Origin: Acidobacteriota bacterium
GTDB taxonomy: Bacteria; Acidobacteriota; UBA890; WLXD01
Direction: 5' to 3'
Length of the DNA: 64,000 bases
Assembly: GCA_965205505.1 (NCBI GenBank)
Contig: CBDBHB010000009.1
Location: 2,080,001-2,144,000, forward strand
The notes under the pieces were generated by a model. The model saw only the letters and a list, made by a program, of their open reading frames with translations. It did not search any database and had not been told where the DNA came from. The position numbers and the translations under genes were made by a program. Positions 40,126 through 50,129 of this stretch are shown here, piece by piece. How positions within the stretch are numbered: the first letter of the stretch is position 1; each line of letters opens with the position of its first letter.

Positions 40126-40353
40126 CAGATGATCGTCGCATATCGTGGTGGCGAGATGGGTCCGGATACCAGGCGCTACGACGAGACGACCCCATCTTGG
40201 AGGAGGAGCAACGCTGCAGACGCACCGTTGGCGGCGCAACCCGTAGGGCAAGTGGGACCCACCACACTTCCATCACGGCCTGCTAGCATCGCCTTCCTCG
40301 CCGCGCCTTGATCTCACCCGCAAATCCCATCTGCGATACGCAACGATCATCTG
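40126..40353. mobile_element. 228-bp MITE-like element with a nested end of another MITE family
   Basis: Inverted ends CAGATGATCGTCGCATATCG / CGATACGCAACGATCATCTG followed by CTAG; internal gacccaccacacttccatcacggcctg+CTAG. Confidence 0.6.
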
Positions 40354-40369
40354 CTAGAGGGCAGCTTCC

Positions 40370-43012
40370 GTGAGTTTCCGTAGCGACGACGTCCGGCAAA
40401 GTTTCATCGAGTACTTCGCCGGGCAAGGCCATACGCGGGTGGCGAGCAGCAGCCTCGTACCTGCCGACGATCCCACGTTGCTGTTCACCAACGCGGGCAT
40501 GAACCAGTTCAAGGCGACGTTTCTGGGCGAGTCCAGTCGCCCGTACCGTCGCGCTGTGACGTCACAGAAGTGCATGCGCGTGTCGGGAAAGCACAATGAC
40601 CTCGAGACCGTAGGCCCGTCGCTGTACCACCACACGTTCTTCGAGATGCTGGGCAACTTCTCGTTTGGCGACTACTTCAAGGCCGAGGCCATCGTCATGG
40701 CTTGGGAGCTGATGACCGAGCACTTCCAGCTTCCCAAGGAACGCCTGTGGGCGACGGTGTTCGAGGAGGATGACGAGGCCGAAGAGCTCTGGATACAGGA
40801 GACCGACATCCAGCCCAAACGCGTCCTGCGACTCGGCAAGGAGGACAACTACTGGTCGATGGGGGATACCGGACCGTGCGGTCCTTGCTCCGAGCTCCAC
40901 TATGACTACGAGCTCGGCGAGCCGCAGGGTCCCGTAGATCTCGACGCCGATCGATTCGTCGAGCTGTGGAATCTGGTCTTCATGCAGTTCAACACCAACG
41001 CCGACGGCAGCACCGAGCCGCTGCCCAATCCCAACATCGACACTGGCGCCGGCCTCGAACGGTTGACCGCGGTTCTGCAGGGAACACGGTCAAACTACGA
41101 CACTGATCTGTTCCGCCCCATTATCGAGGCCGTCGCCGACCAGACTGGGAGTGCGTACGGCGATGCTGCCGACAGCGACATGGCGCTTCGGGTTATCGGC
41201 GACCACAGCCGCGCCTTGGCTTTCTTGCTCGCCGACGGGGTGATGCCGGCCAACGAGGGCCGCGGCTACGTTCTCCGAAGGCTCTTGCGGCGCGCCATGC
41301 GGTTCGGCATGAAGCTGGGACTCGACCGACCGTTTCTACACACCACCGCGCTGACCGTGGTAGATCGGATGGGCGCGATCTATTCGGAGTTGGAAGAGCA
41401 CCACGACCTGATTGGTCGTGTAGTGCAAACGGAGGAAGAGCGGTTTCTACAGACGCTCTCGTCGGGCTCACAGAGGTTCAACGAGCTAGCCGCCGGTCTG
41501 AAGGCCGCTGCGGAATCGACCATTCCGGGTGAGGAGGCCTTTCGTCTCTATGACACATTCGGCCTGCCCATCGAGCTGACGCGCGAGTTCGCTACGGCGG
41601 AGGGACTGAGCATCGACGAGGAGGGGTTCGCGACGGCGCTCGAGGCACAACGGGCGCGCGCGCGCTCGGCCTGGAAGGGTGCCGATGATGAGCCAGTGCG
41701 CGATCTGGTGCGCAGGCTGACCGTCGCCAGTGAGCCGACGGAGTTCCTCGCGTATGTGAGCACCGAGGTCAACGAGGCGCGCGTCGTGGTGTTGATCCGC
41801 GATGGAGAGTCCGTCGACGGGCTCGTTGCCGGGGAAGAAGGCGGCGTGTTGGTGGATCGAACGCCCTTCTACGCCGAGTCCGGTGGTCAGGTCGCCGACG
41901 TCGGCGAAATGCGCTGGGCGGGCGGATTTGGCCTCGTCACCGACGTACAGCGGCCGGTGACTGGAGCGATCCTGCATTCTGTGAAGGTGCAAGAGGGCGA
42001 GCTGCTACTCGGGCAACAGGTGTCGCTTCAGGTTGACGCCAGGCGTCGCCAGAACATCCAGCGTAACCACACCGCCACCCACCTGTTGCACGCGGCGCTG
42101 CGTGAGCAGCTCGGCGAGCATGTGCGCCAAGCAGGCTCGCTGGTTGACGAAGGCCGTCTACGCTTCGATTTCGCTCACTTCGAGGCCGTCGAGTCGACAC
42201 AGCTGGAGCAACTGGAAACTGAGGTCAATGCCGCTATTCGGGGCGACCTGGCGCTCGGCATCGAAGAGACGGATTACGACGATGCCATCGAGCGCGGCGC
42301 GCTTGCCTTCTTCGGCGACAAGTATGGCGATCGAGTTCGAGTGGTGAACATACCTGGTGTCTCGACGGAGCTGTGCGGCGGAACGCACGTCGGTCGCACG
42401 GGCGAGATAGGCGCGTTCGTCGTCCAGCGCGAGGAGAGCATCGGAGCGGGGATCCGGCGGATCGAGGCGGTGACTGGAGAACCAGCTTTGCGCCTGTTGC
42501 AGCACTACCGAGGGCTGGTGCGAGATGCTGCCGGGCGCATGCGAACCCCCGAGGATCAACTCGCCGACGGCGTCGAGAAGCTGGTGCAGCGAACCTACGA
42601 CGCCGAGCGTGAGGTGGATCGCCTGCGCCTGCGTCTGGCGTCGCAAGAGGCCGGAAGCGATGTGGACGCCGACGTGATCGAGGTCGACGGCGTGCGGGTG
42701 CTGCGCCGCGAGGTCGAGGGGCTCGACGCATCGGGATTGCGCAACCTGGTCGACGAGCTCAAGGCGAAGGTGGGATCCGGAGTGGTAGTAGTCGGTCTGA
42801 GGAACGATGCCAAGGCGGCGCTAGTGGTAGGCGTTACAGCCGACCTGGTCGCCCGGATCGACGCCAGTGAGGTGATCCGGATGATCGCGCCGATCGTCGG
42901 TGGGGGCGGCGGAGGTCACCGCGAGCTAGCGCAGGCAGGTGGTCCCGAAGCAGGAAAAGTCAGTGAAGCACTAAAGAGGGCTCCAGAACTGATTGCTGAG
43001 CTGCTACAGTAA
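40370..43012 (+). CDS. alaS: Alanine--tRNA ligase
   Basis: DPTLLFTNAGMNQFK, GPCGPCSE, NHTATHLL, ELCGGTH. Confidence 0.98.
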   Translation: MSFRSDDVRQSFIEYFAGQGHTRVASSSLVPADDPTLLFTNAGMNQFKATFLGESSRPYRRAVTSQKCMRVSGKHNDLETVGPSLYHHTFFEMLGNFSFGDYFKAEAIVMAWELMTEHFQLPKERLWATVFEEDDEAEELWIQETDIQPKRVLRLGKEDNYWSMGDTGPCGPCSELHYDYELGEPQGPVDLDADRFVELWNLVFMQFNTNADGSTEPLPNPNIDTGAGLERLTAVLQGTRSNYDTDLFRPIIEAVADQTGSAYGDAADSDMALRVIGDHSRALAFLLADGVMPANEGRGYVLRRLLRRAMRFGMKLGLDRPFLHTTALTVVDRMGAIYSELEEHHDLIGRVVQTEEERFLQTLSSGSQRFNELAAGLKAAAESTIPGEEAFRLYDTFGLPIELTREFATAEGLSIDEEGFATALEAQRARARSAWKGADDEPVRDLVRRLTVASEPTEFLAYVSTEVNEARVVVLIRDGESVDGLVAGEEGGVLVDRTPFYAESGGQVADVGEMRWAGGFGLVTDVQRPVTGAILHSVKVQEGELLLGQQVSLQVDARRRQNIQRNHTATHLLHAALREQLGEHVRQAGSLVDEGRLRFDFAHFEAVESTQLEQLETEVNAAIRGDLALGIEETDYDDAIERGALAFFGDKYGDRVRVVNIPGVSTELCGGTHVGRTGEIGAFVVQREESIGAGIRRIEAVTGEPALRLLQHYRGLVRDAAGRMRTPEDQLADGVEKLVQRTYDAEREVDRLRLRLASQEAGSDVDADVIEVDGVRVLRREVEGLDASGLRNLVDELKAKVGSGVVVVGLRNDAKAALVVGVTADLVARIDASEVIRMIAPIVGGGGGGHRELAQAGGPEAGKVSEALKRAPELIAELLQ

Positions 43013-43107
43013 GATTTAGATCGCCTGCGATGCGGACCGCATAAGGAACGCTCGCAATGCGATAGAGGGTCTGCGCTACCGCTTGGGGGGCAAGTAGGAG
43101 GGCGGTC

Positions 43108-43725
43108 ATGGCCGTTGCTTGGCGACGTGGCGCGTTCAAGGCTGGACTGGTGGGAGCCACGATGCTCGCTCTGGTCTTCGCCGACGCGCGCCCAGCGAGA
43201 GCCCAAATCTGGGTAGTGACGGATGCGGACGGATCGCAGCGATTCACGACATCGCCCGAGCCAGGCGCAGTGGTATTCATGCGCACCATTCACGGCGCCC
43301 GCACCGGGCGAATGATGACCGTCGGCATTCCGGCACCCCGTTACCGTGACGAAATTGCCAGCGCGTCGGAGCGCACAGGCTTGGCGCCGGCGTTGATCAT
43401 CGCGGTGATCGCCGCGGAGTCGAACTTCAATCCCAACGCGAGGTCATCGAAAGGTGCACAGGGCCTGATGCAGCTCATGCCGGCAACGGCCGCCTCGCTG
43501 GGTGTGCGCAACGTGTGGGATCCTCGCCAGAACATTCGAGCTGGCTCCGACTTTCTTGCCCGCTTGTACGCCAAGTACGACGATCTTTCCCTCGCCCTGG
43601 CGGCCTACAACGCCGGAGAGGGGACCGTGGCGCGACACGGCGGTGTGCCCCCGTTTCGAGAGACGCGCAACTATGTACGGCGCGTTCTGAGTTACTACGA
43701 GCGTTATCGGGGCGGGGATCCATAG
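43108..43725 (+). CDS. Lytic transglycosylase (SLT domain)
   Basis: AESNFNPNARSSKGAQGLMQLMP, LAAYNAG, ETRNYV. Confidence 0.93.
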   Translation: MAVAWRRGAFKAGLVGATMLALVFADARPARAQIWVVTDADGSQRFTTSPEPGAVVFMRTIHGARTGRMMTVGIPAPRYRDEIASASERTGLAPALIIAVIAAESNFNPNARSSKGAQGLMQLMPATAASLGVRNVWDPRQNIRAGSDFLARLYAKYDDLSLALAAYNAGEGTVARHGGVPPFRETRNYVRRVLSYYERYRGGDP

Positions 43726-43800
43726 GCCTGCGCACTTCTATTGCGTTGCGCTAGCTAATTCTGACTGACCCTAGCTAACTGCGTGACTTTTCGGCCCCTG

Positions 43801-43830
43801 TTGCAGTCGGAGCACTTTCCGTCCTATACT
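43801..43830 (+). promoter_or_regulatory. Putative sigma70 promoter for the amidase gene
   Basis: TTGCAG-N18-TATACT. Confidence 0.5.
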
Positions 43831-43888
43831 CTGACCTGATCGCTGATCAACGGGGCGAAAGTCAGGGAGGGGCTGCGTAAAGGGTGGC

Positions 43889-45778
43889 ATGGTGCGGAGT
43901 TTTGCCATGGCCATCAAGCAGACCGTGTTTTCTGCTGTAGCATGTCTGGTGGGAATCGCCCTGGCGGCGAGTCCGACGGCAGGAGAAGTCGCCTCGGCCG
44001 GCGTGTTGTTCGAACGCGCCGAGACCCTTTACCGTCAGTTGCGGACTGTCGATCCGGAGTGCGCTGACGACGCCTCTTGGAACCGCCTGCTCACCGCCTT
44101 TGGCCGGATCCCGGTGGAATTCCCTGCCAACCCACTGGCCGGCGATGCGCTCTGGCGTATCGGTGACATCCACTCACGGCGAATGGCTGCTGGCGACCTC
44201 GATGCAGTGGTGGCGGCGCAAGCAGCATACGAGTCGCTGACCAAGCGGTATCCGAGCAACGTGTACGCGCCTGAAGCGTACCTCCGTCTCGGAGACCTGG
44301 CGCGTCCGAGCGAGTCATCGGGCTACTACTTCCGTCTTCTGGAGAGTTTTCCCGGCTCCCCACAGGCAGAGGAGGCCAGCCGTCGCATCATCGGGGGCCG
44401 CAGATCTGCTGCGCCCGACACCGTCGTAGCAGACAACTCGACGGTTGAGGTGCCCGCCGCCGAGCCTGTGGCTCGCGACACACCGCCATCTTCTGATAAA
44501 CAGCCGCCCGTCGAGGAGCTGGAGACGATGCCCACCCCCGTCTCCGGTCCCTCGGCTGGGCGCGTTTCGGTAGAGACCGAGACCGCCGAGGCGCCAATCA
44601 CCACAACAGTGGCGAGCGTCGCTACCACAGCGGTAGAGGCGGCGGCAGCTGGCGAGGTGTCTCAACCCGCGGCATCGACATTGGCGCCGACGGTTACCGG
44701 CCGGGTACTGAGCGTGCGTCACTTCTCGGACGGCAAGCACACGCGCGTAGTCTTCGATCTCGACAATCCGGTGCAGCACCGTATCGGCGAGGCACTGGCG
44801 CCACCGCGCGTGTTCATCGACTTGATCGGAGCTGATTTGGCGAAGAGCCTGCCGCGGAGCGTGGCGATCAACGGCTCCGGAGTTCGACAGATCCGTCTGG
44901 CGGTCAACCGTCCGGGCGTAGTGCGCGCAGTTCTCGACCTGACCGGTGCCGTCGAGTACAGCTTCTTCACACTGGCCCGGCCGCCGCGACTGGTTCTCGA
45001 TATACCGAGCGCCGCGATGTCGAAGCGACTCGCCAACGCTCGCCGCCCAGATCCTCCAGAGGGCGGATCGGAGGCTCGGCAGCTTGGTTTCGGTGTGCGC
45101 CGTATCGTCATCGATCCGGGGCACGGGGGCACTTCGCCGGGCGCGATCGGTCGGTCCGGATCGACCGAGAAGGAGCTCACGCTCGACATTTCACGCCGCG
45201 TCGCGGGCAATCTACGCGACAGCCAGTACGAAGTGTCGCTGACAAGATCCGACGACAGCAACATCGATCTAGAGGACAGGGCGAGCTTCGCCACGAGGAG
45301 TGGTGCCGACCTGTTCGTCTCGATCCACGTCAACTCGAGCACGAATCGCAATCTGACCGGGTTTGAGACCTACTACCTCGATTTGGCCACCGATCCGACA
45401 GCCGCAGAGACAGCGGCGCGTGAGAACTTGACGGCTCGGGGTGGAGTAGGCGGATTGAACGAGGTGCTGGACGAGATCGTACGCAACGCCAACAAGCGCG
45501 AGTCACGTGATTTGGCCACCTCCATTCAGGACAGCCTGGTCATGCAGATGAGCAAGCAGTACGGCGACGTCCGTGACTTGGGCGTCAAGCATGCTCCCTT
45601 CGTAGTGCTGGTGGGCGCGGAAATGCCGGCGGTGCTGGTGGAGGTGTCGTTTCTGAGCAACCCGACGGAAGAGACGCGTCTGAACGACGACGCCTACCGC
45701 CAGCAAGTTGCCGACGCGATTCACATCGGCATCGAGAACTTCGTCGAGCGTCGCCGCATGGTCAGCGCCGCGGAGTGA
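43889..45778 (+). CDS. N-acetylmuramoyl-L-alanine amidase (TPR-like + AMIN + Amidase_3)
   Basis: TRVVFDL, IDPGHGG, EKELTL, LFVSIHVNS, PAVLVEV. Confidence 0.92.
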   Translation: MVRSFAMAIKQTVFSAVACLVGIALAASPTAGEVASAGVLFERAETLYRQLRTVDPECADDASWNRLLTAFGRIPVEFPANPLAGDALWRIGDIHSRRMAAGDLDAVVAAQAAYESLTKRYPSNVYAPEAYLRLGDLARPSESSGYYFRLLESFPGSPQAEEASRRIIGGRRSAAPDTVVADNSTVEVPAAEPVARDTPPSSDKQPPVEELETMPTPVSGPSAGRVSVETETAEAPITTTVASVATTAVEAAAAGEVSQPAASTLAPTVTGRVLSVRHFSDGKHTRVVFDLDNPVQHRIGEALAPPRVFIDLIGADLAKSLPRSVAINGSGVRQIRLAVNRPGVVRAVLDLTGAVEYSFFTLARPPRLVLDIPSAAMSKRLANARRPDPPEGGSEARQLGFGVRRIVIDPGHGGTSPGAIGRSGSTEKELTLDISRRVAGNLRDSQYEVSLTRSDDSNIDLEDRASFATRSGADLFVSIHVNSSTNRNLTGFETYYLDLATDPTAAETAARENLTARGGVGGLNEVLDEIVRNANKRESRDLATSIQDSLVMQMSKQYGDVRDLGVKHAPFVVLVGAEMPAVLVEVSFLSNPTEETRLNDDAYRQQVADAIHIGIENFVERRRMVSAAE

Positions 45779-45802
45779 TCTTGATTCCCCAACCACGGCC
45801 TG

Positions 45803-46180
45803 CTAAACAGGCCGATACGTCGCGCTGAATCCAGCGGCCTCGCCGATCGTCAGCTCGATGAGGGGCAGCCCCGGGAGGCGACGCCCGAGTAGATGCGCTA
45901 GCTGCCTGGCCACTTCTTCCGCTGTGGGACTGAGCTGATCGAATGGCGCCACATCGTTGAGGCTTCGTCCGCGATGTCGTCGCGCCCAGTCTGCGATTAC
46001 CACTCTCGCCTGCTGAGCTGCCGTCTCGGCGGCGCCCGGCGAGGGTTCGAACACCGCCGCCACGCGCCAGTGGTGAACGTGGATCGGCTCGTGCGATCCT
46101 CGGTCGTCGATACGAATGCGATGGGCGGCGGGGAAACTGCCGCGAATGCGAATTCGAGTTCGAGCGATCGCCGGGCGCAT
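45803..46180 (-). CDS. 6-pyruvoyl-tetrahydropterin synthase / QueD-family protein
   Basis: FPAAH, HEPIHVHHW, SLND, PTAEEVA. Confidence 0.75.
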   Translation of the reverse strand: MRPAIARTRIRIRGSFPAAHRIRIDDRGSHEPIHVHHWRVAAVFEPSPGAAETAAQQARVVIADWARRHRGRSLNDVAPFDQLSPTAEEVARQLAHLLGRRLPGLPLIELTIGEAAGFSATYRPV

Positions 46181-46253
46181 GACACCCATTTTATTCGGAC
46201 CGCCGTGCCGGCTAAACTCACAGACCACTTTCGCACCTGTTGAGCCCACGACG

Positions 46254-46850
46254 ATGAGCACCGATTCCAAACCCTCGGAGACAGTCTCGGCGGCCAGTCC
46301 CACAGCCGTCAACGTACTGTGGACGCTTCCCAACGCCCTCACGTTGCTGCGCATCTTCCTGGTTCCGTTGTTGGTGGCGTTTCTCCTGACCCGCTACGCC
46401 TGGACCGGGCTCACCGTCTTCCTGGCGGCTTCGTTCACCGACTGGCTCGACGGCCATCTGGCGCGCAAGCACAGTCAGGTAACCACGTTGGGGCAGCTTC
46501 TCGACCCGGTAGCCGACAAACTGCTCATCTCGGCGGCATTCGTCTCCTTGGTCCAACTCGGCCTGGCACCGGCGTGGATGGTCGTCGTGATCATTGGCCG
46601 AGATCTCGCGGTGACCGGGCTTCGGGCGGTCGCGGCGGCTCGAAACATCATCATCCCGGCCGGCACGGTGGGGAAGTACAAGTTGGGTGCTCAGGTCGTC
46701 GCGGTGTCGATCTTGATCCTGCGCGCTCGCTTCGATTGGCTCGAGGTGCCGGGGCAAATCGCCCTGTGGGTAGTGGTGTCGTTAGCAGCGGTGTCCGCCG
46801 TGCAGTATTTCCTCGGTTTCTGGAACCGGGTTGGAATAGCGGAGCAATAA
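46254..46850 (+). CDS. pgsA: CDP-diacylglycerol--glycerol-3-phosphate phosphatidyltransferase
   Basis: PNALTLLR, TDWLDGHLAR, LGQLLDPVADK. Confidence 0.93.
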   Translation: MSTDSKPSETVSAASPTAVNVLWTLPNALTLLRIFLVPLLVAFLLTRYAWTGLTVFLAASFTDWLDGHLARKHSQVTTLGQLLDPVADKLLISAAFVSLVQLGLAPAWMVVVIIGRDLAVTGLRAVAAARNIIIPAGTVGKYKLGAQVVAVSILILRARFDWLEVPGQIALWVVVSLAAVSAVQYFLGFWNRVGIAEQ

Positions 46851-46874
46851 AGGCTTTTCGAGGCCGCCGCCCGC

Positions 46875-47903
46875 TCAGCTGCGTACCAGTGGCTCCCGGA
46901 GACCTGGGTCCTGCCCAAGCGCCTTCAGCAGGCGACGGATGAGGGTCTCCGCCATCTCGTCGTAGCCGCCGTCCGGAACCGGCACCTGTCCACCCGCCAT
47001 CGTTCCGTGGCCGCCGGCCGTACCTAGTCCGGCAACAATGCGTCGGATGAAGCGCCCGGCGTGGGCGAAGGGATCGGTAGTACGGAGCGAGACGACCAGA
47101 TCGTTTCGGTGTCGTCCGATGCAGCAAGACCACTCCGTGCCTTGGAGACGCAGGAGGAAGTCGGCGATCTCGGCAACAATGTCGGGGGTGGCTACCGCCC
47201 GCAGGTCGGTCATCACGACTTTGTCGTGGATGAACGCGCGCTCGATGGCCTGGTGGAAGGCGCTGAAGTACTCGCGCGGCACGGGAGCACGTTGGATACG
47301 CGCGACCGAAACCAAGTCGGCCTGCTCGAGCAATCGGAAATAGGCCTCCCGATCGGCGTCTCCCGCCTCGCGACCCAAATCGAGTGTCTCCGACCGGATG
47401 GCGTAGAAGAGCGCGGTAGCGAGGTTGGCCGGCAACTCCAGCTCGGCCGCATCGAGGTACTCGAGCATCATCGTTGCCGTGGCGCCGTAGTGTTCACGAA
47501 CGTCAGCAAAGGCCACCGTTTCGGGAACGAACTTCAGCGGGTGGTGGTCGAAGACGGCGATCAGCGGCCACTCGTCGATCCAGGAGTTGTTGCCGGTACC
47601 CGGCTGTGTGTCGACCATGGCGAAGGCGGGCATCTCGCTGAGGTCGAGCGTAGACAACGGCTCTGGGTCGAGGCCGAGCACGTGGACCATCGCACGGTTC
47701 TCGGCTCGTCCGATCAGCCCGGAAAACGCCACCCGCGCCGTCGTGTCACAAACGCTCTCGAGGAGGAGGCGGAGGGCAAAGGCGCTGGCAAGCGCATCAG
47801 GATCGGGATCGTCGTGCGTCAAGATGACCGCCGACGGGATGGCCTTGAAAGCCCGCCGGAGCTGCTCGAGATTCGCGGTTGATCGTGACGCCCCCGGCGT
47901 CAC
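46875..47903 (-). CDS. DHH-family phosphoesterase
   Basis: THDDPDPDA, VDTQ, FDHH, AGGHG; GTG start overlaps the pepA stop. Confidence 0.9.
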   Translation of the reverse strand: MTPGASRSTANLEQLRRAFKAIPSAVILTHDDPDPDALASAFALRLLLESVCDTTARVAFSGLIGRAENRAMVHVLGLDPEPLSTLDLSEMPAFAMVDTQPGTGNNSWIDEWPLIAVFDHHPLKFVPETVAFADVREHYGATATMMLEYLDAAELELPANLATALFYAIRSETLDLGREAGDADREAYFRLLEQADLVSVARIQRAPVPREYFSAFHQAIERAFIHDKVVMTDLRAVATPDIVAEIADFLLRLQGTEWSCCIGRHRNDLVVSLRTTDPFAHAGRFIRRIVAGLGTAGGHGTMAGGQVPVPDGGYDEMAETLIRRLLKALGQDPGLREPLVRS

Positions 47904-49387
47904 GCTTGTGCTCGGCTCCGCAACCAGCTCACCAGCAGCCTCACGCCGAAGCCGGCGCCGCCACGCGGGACGTAAGGGGTCGCCTTCGTCCGGTACGCCG
48001 GCCCAGCGATATCCAGGTGCGCCCACGGCGTGTCGTCGACAAATCTCTCCAGGAACTTGGCTGCGGTAATGGCGCCTGCCCAGCGGGCGCCGCTGTTCTT
48101 GATGTCGGCGACCTTGCTGTCGATCATCTTGGCGTAGTGCGGAAACATCGGCATCCGCCACACGGGCTCGCCGACGCGCTCGCCGGCTGCCAGGAGCTCA
48201 GCGGCGAGGTCAGGGTCGTTGTCCATCAGCCCGGCGACGTCCTCGCCCAATGCCACGACACAGGCGCCCGTCAACGTGGCGAGATCGACGATACAGCGCG
48301 GCTGGAACCGCTCGCACGCGTAGGCAAGGGCATCGGCAAGGATCAACCGGCCCTCCGCATCCGTGTTGATTACCTCGATCGTCGTGCCGCCATAAGCTCG
48401 TATGAGGTCACCCGGTCGGTAGCTGTCACCACCCGGCATGTTCTCCGCCATCGGTACGACGCCGACAACGCGGGTGGGAAGATCGAGCTCCGCAACGGCG
48501 CGCATGGTTCCCAACGTGGCTGCTGCGCCCGACATATCCGACTTCATCTCGTCCATTGATGTTGCCGGCTTTAGCGAAATACCGCCAGTGTCGAACGTCA
48601 CGCCCTTTCCGACGATTACGATCGGGTCGGAGTCTGGATCCGCACCGGCATGCTCGATCACGACGACCCGTGGCTCGACGGAAGAGCCACGCGCTACCGC
48701 CAACAACGCGGTCATCCCCAGATCGCGCGCCGCAGACTCGTCGATGACGTGGCAATCGAGCCCGGCATCGGCAGCCATCCGTTCGGCTACCGCGGCCAGG
48801 GCGGGGGGTCGCTTATCACTAGGTGAGGTGTTGATCAGGTCACGGGCCCAGCAGGTGGCGCGTGCGACGATGGTGGCGACGCCCACCTCGGGCTCCACGC
48901 TGTCGGACACTCCGACAATCCGGAGCTCAGCGATCACCGTCTCGTCGTCTGCAGGCTGCTTGAACTCGGTGAAGCGATACTCGCCGAGTAGCACCGCCTC
49001 CGCGGTTGCCGCTGCGATGCTCTCTTCGGAGTCCACGTCGAGGCGCACGGCTACGGCCAGGCGGCGCGCCCCGTGTCGGCGTGCGGCGGCGGCTCCACGT
49101 GCCACGGCGCGACGCCACGATTCCAGGTTGACATCGGCCGGCTTTCCGAGCCCCACGAGGACGAGCTCACGGGGCCCGCCCCCGGCCCGGAGGGGAACAT
49201 GGAGACATCGGCCGGCCTTGCCGTTGAAAGCGGGGCCGTTCAACGCCGAGGTAATCAAGCCGCCAACCTGCTCGTCCAGGCCCTCCCAGGGGGCGGGACC
49301 GGAAGAGGCGGGGTAGGGCAGGATCAAGGCATCAGTGTCGAGGTCGGCCGCGAGAAGGCCGCCCACACGAACGTCGATTTCGGTCAT
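47900..49387 (-). CDS. pepA: Leucyl aminopeptidase (M17)
   Basis: VGKGVTFDTGG, MKSDMSG, NTDAEGRL, AHLDIAG. Confidence 0.96.
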   Translation of the reverse strand: MTEIDVRVGGLLAADLDTDALILPYPASSGPAPWEGLDEQVGGLITSALNGPAFNGKAGRCLHVPLRAGGGPRELVLVGLGKPADVNLESWRRAVARGAAAARRHGARRLAVAVRLDVDSEESIAAATAEAVLLGEYRFTEFKQPADDETVIAELRIVGVSDSVEPEVGVATIVARATCWARDLINTSPSDKRPPALAAVAERMAADAGLDCHVIDESAARDLGMTALLAVARGSSVEPRVVVIEHAGADPDSDPIVIVGKGVTFDTGGISLKPATSMDEMKSDMSGAAATLGTMRAVAELDLPTRVVGVVPMAENMPGGDSYRPGDLIRAYGGTTIEVINTDAEGRLILADALAYACERFQPRCIVDLATLTGACVVALGEDVAGLMDNDPDLAAELLAAGERVGEPVWRMPMFPHYAKMIDSKVADIKNSGARWAGAITAAKFLERFVDDTPWAHLDIAGPAYRTKATPYVPRGGAGFGVRLLVSWLRSRAQA

Positions 49388-49407
49388 CGGGTTGGCTCCG
49401 GCGCCTG

Positions 49408-49965
49408 CTAGATGCGTGGTGCAGTGATGCCTGTCTGTGCCTGGTACTTGCCGCGACGGTCAGCATACGAGGTTTCACAAGTCGGGCTTCCCTCGAAAAA
49501 CAACAACTGCGCAATGCCCTCGTTGGCATAGATCCGCGCGGGCAGGGGGGTGGTATTAGAGATCTCCAGGGTGACATGACCCTCCCACTCCGGCTCCAAT
49601 GGGGTGACGTTGGTAATGATCCCGCAACGCGCATAGGTCGACTTGCCGACGCAAACTACCAGCACGTCACGCGGGATGCGGAAGTACTCGAGCGACCGCG
49701 CGAGGGCGAACGAGTTGGGCGGGATGATGCACTGCGGCCCCTCGTACTCGACCACCATCGAGTTCACGTCGAACGACTTCGGGTCAACCACTGTGCTTCG
49801 CACGTTGGTGAAGATCTGGAATTCCTCGGCGATCCGGAGGTCATAGCCGTACGATGACACCCCGTAGGAGATGATGCCGTCCGATACCTGAGTCTCCTCG
49901 AATGGCTCGATCATGCGCTGTTCTACAGCCATCTTCCTGATCCAGGTGTCAGGTTTGATGCTCAT
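49408..49965 (-). CDS. dcd: dCTP deaminase
   Basis: [28 protein letters not shown]. Confidence 0.96.
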   Translation of the reverse strand: MSIKPDTWIRKMAVEQRMIEPFEETQVSDGIISYGVSSYGYDLRIAEEFQIFTNVRSTVVDPKSFDVNSMVVEYEGPQCIIPPNSFALARSLEYFRIPRDVLVVCVGKSTYARCGIITNVTPLEPEWEGHVTLEISNTTPLPARIYANEGIAQLLFFEGSPTCETSYADRRGKYQAQTGITAPRI

Positions 49966-50095
49966 TCGTTGAACTCCTAGTGTCCTGTACAGAGGTTCGT
50001 TGCATATTGTGGCGCGCGCGACCGAGTCGAATCCAAGGAGGCACGACGACGGCGATGCTGAGGGTATCGCAGAGGAGGGCCGACGTCGGAAGTGG

Positions 50096-50129
50096 CCAGA
50101 CCCACCACACTTTCACTCCGGCCTGCTAG
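50096..50129. repeat. Isolated terminal repeat of the xseA/xseB MITE family
   Basis: ccagacccaccacactttcactccggcctg+CTAG, at the stop codon of the PHP gene. Confidence 0.7.

Noticed and set aside
40126-40369. T-box or riboswitch upstream of alaS
   Set aside because: No T-box consensus or terminator seen; better explained by inverted-repeat elements.
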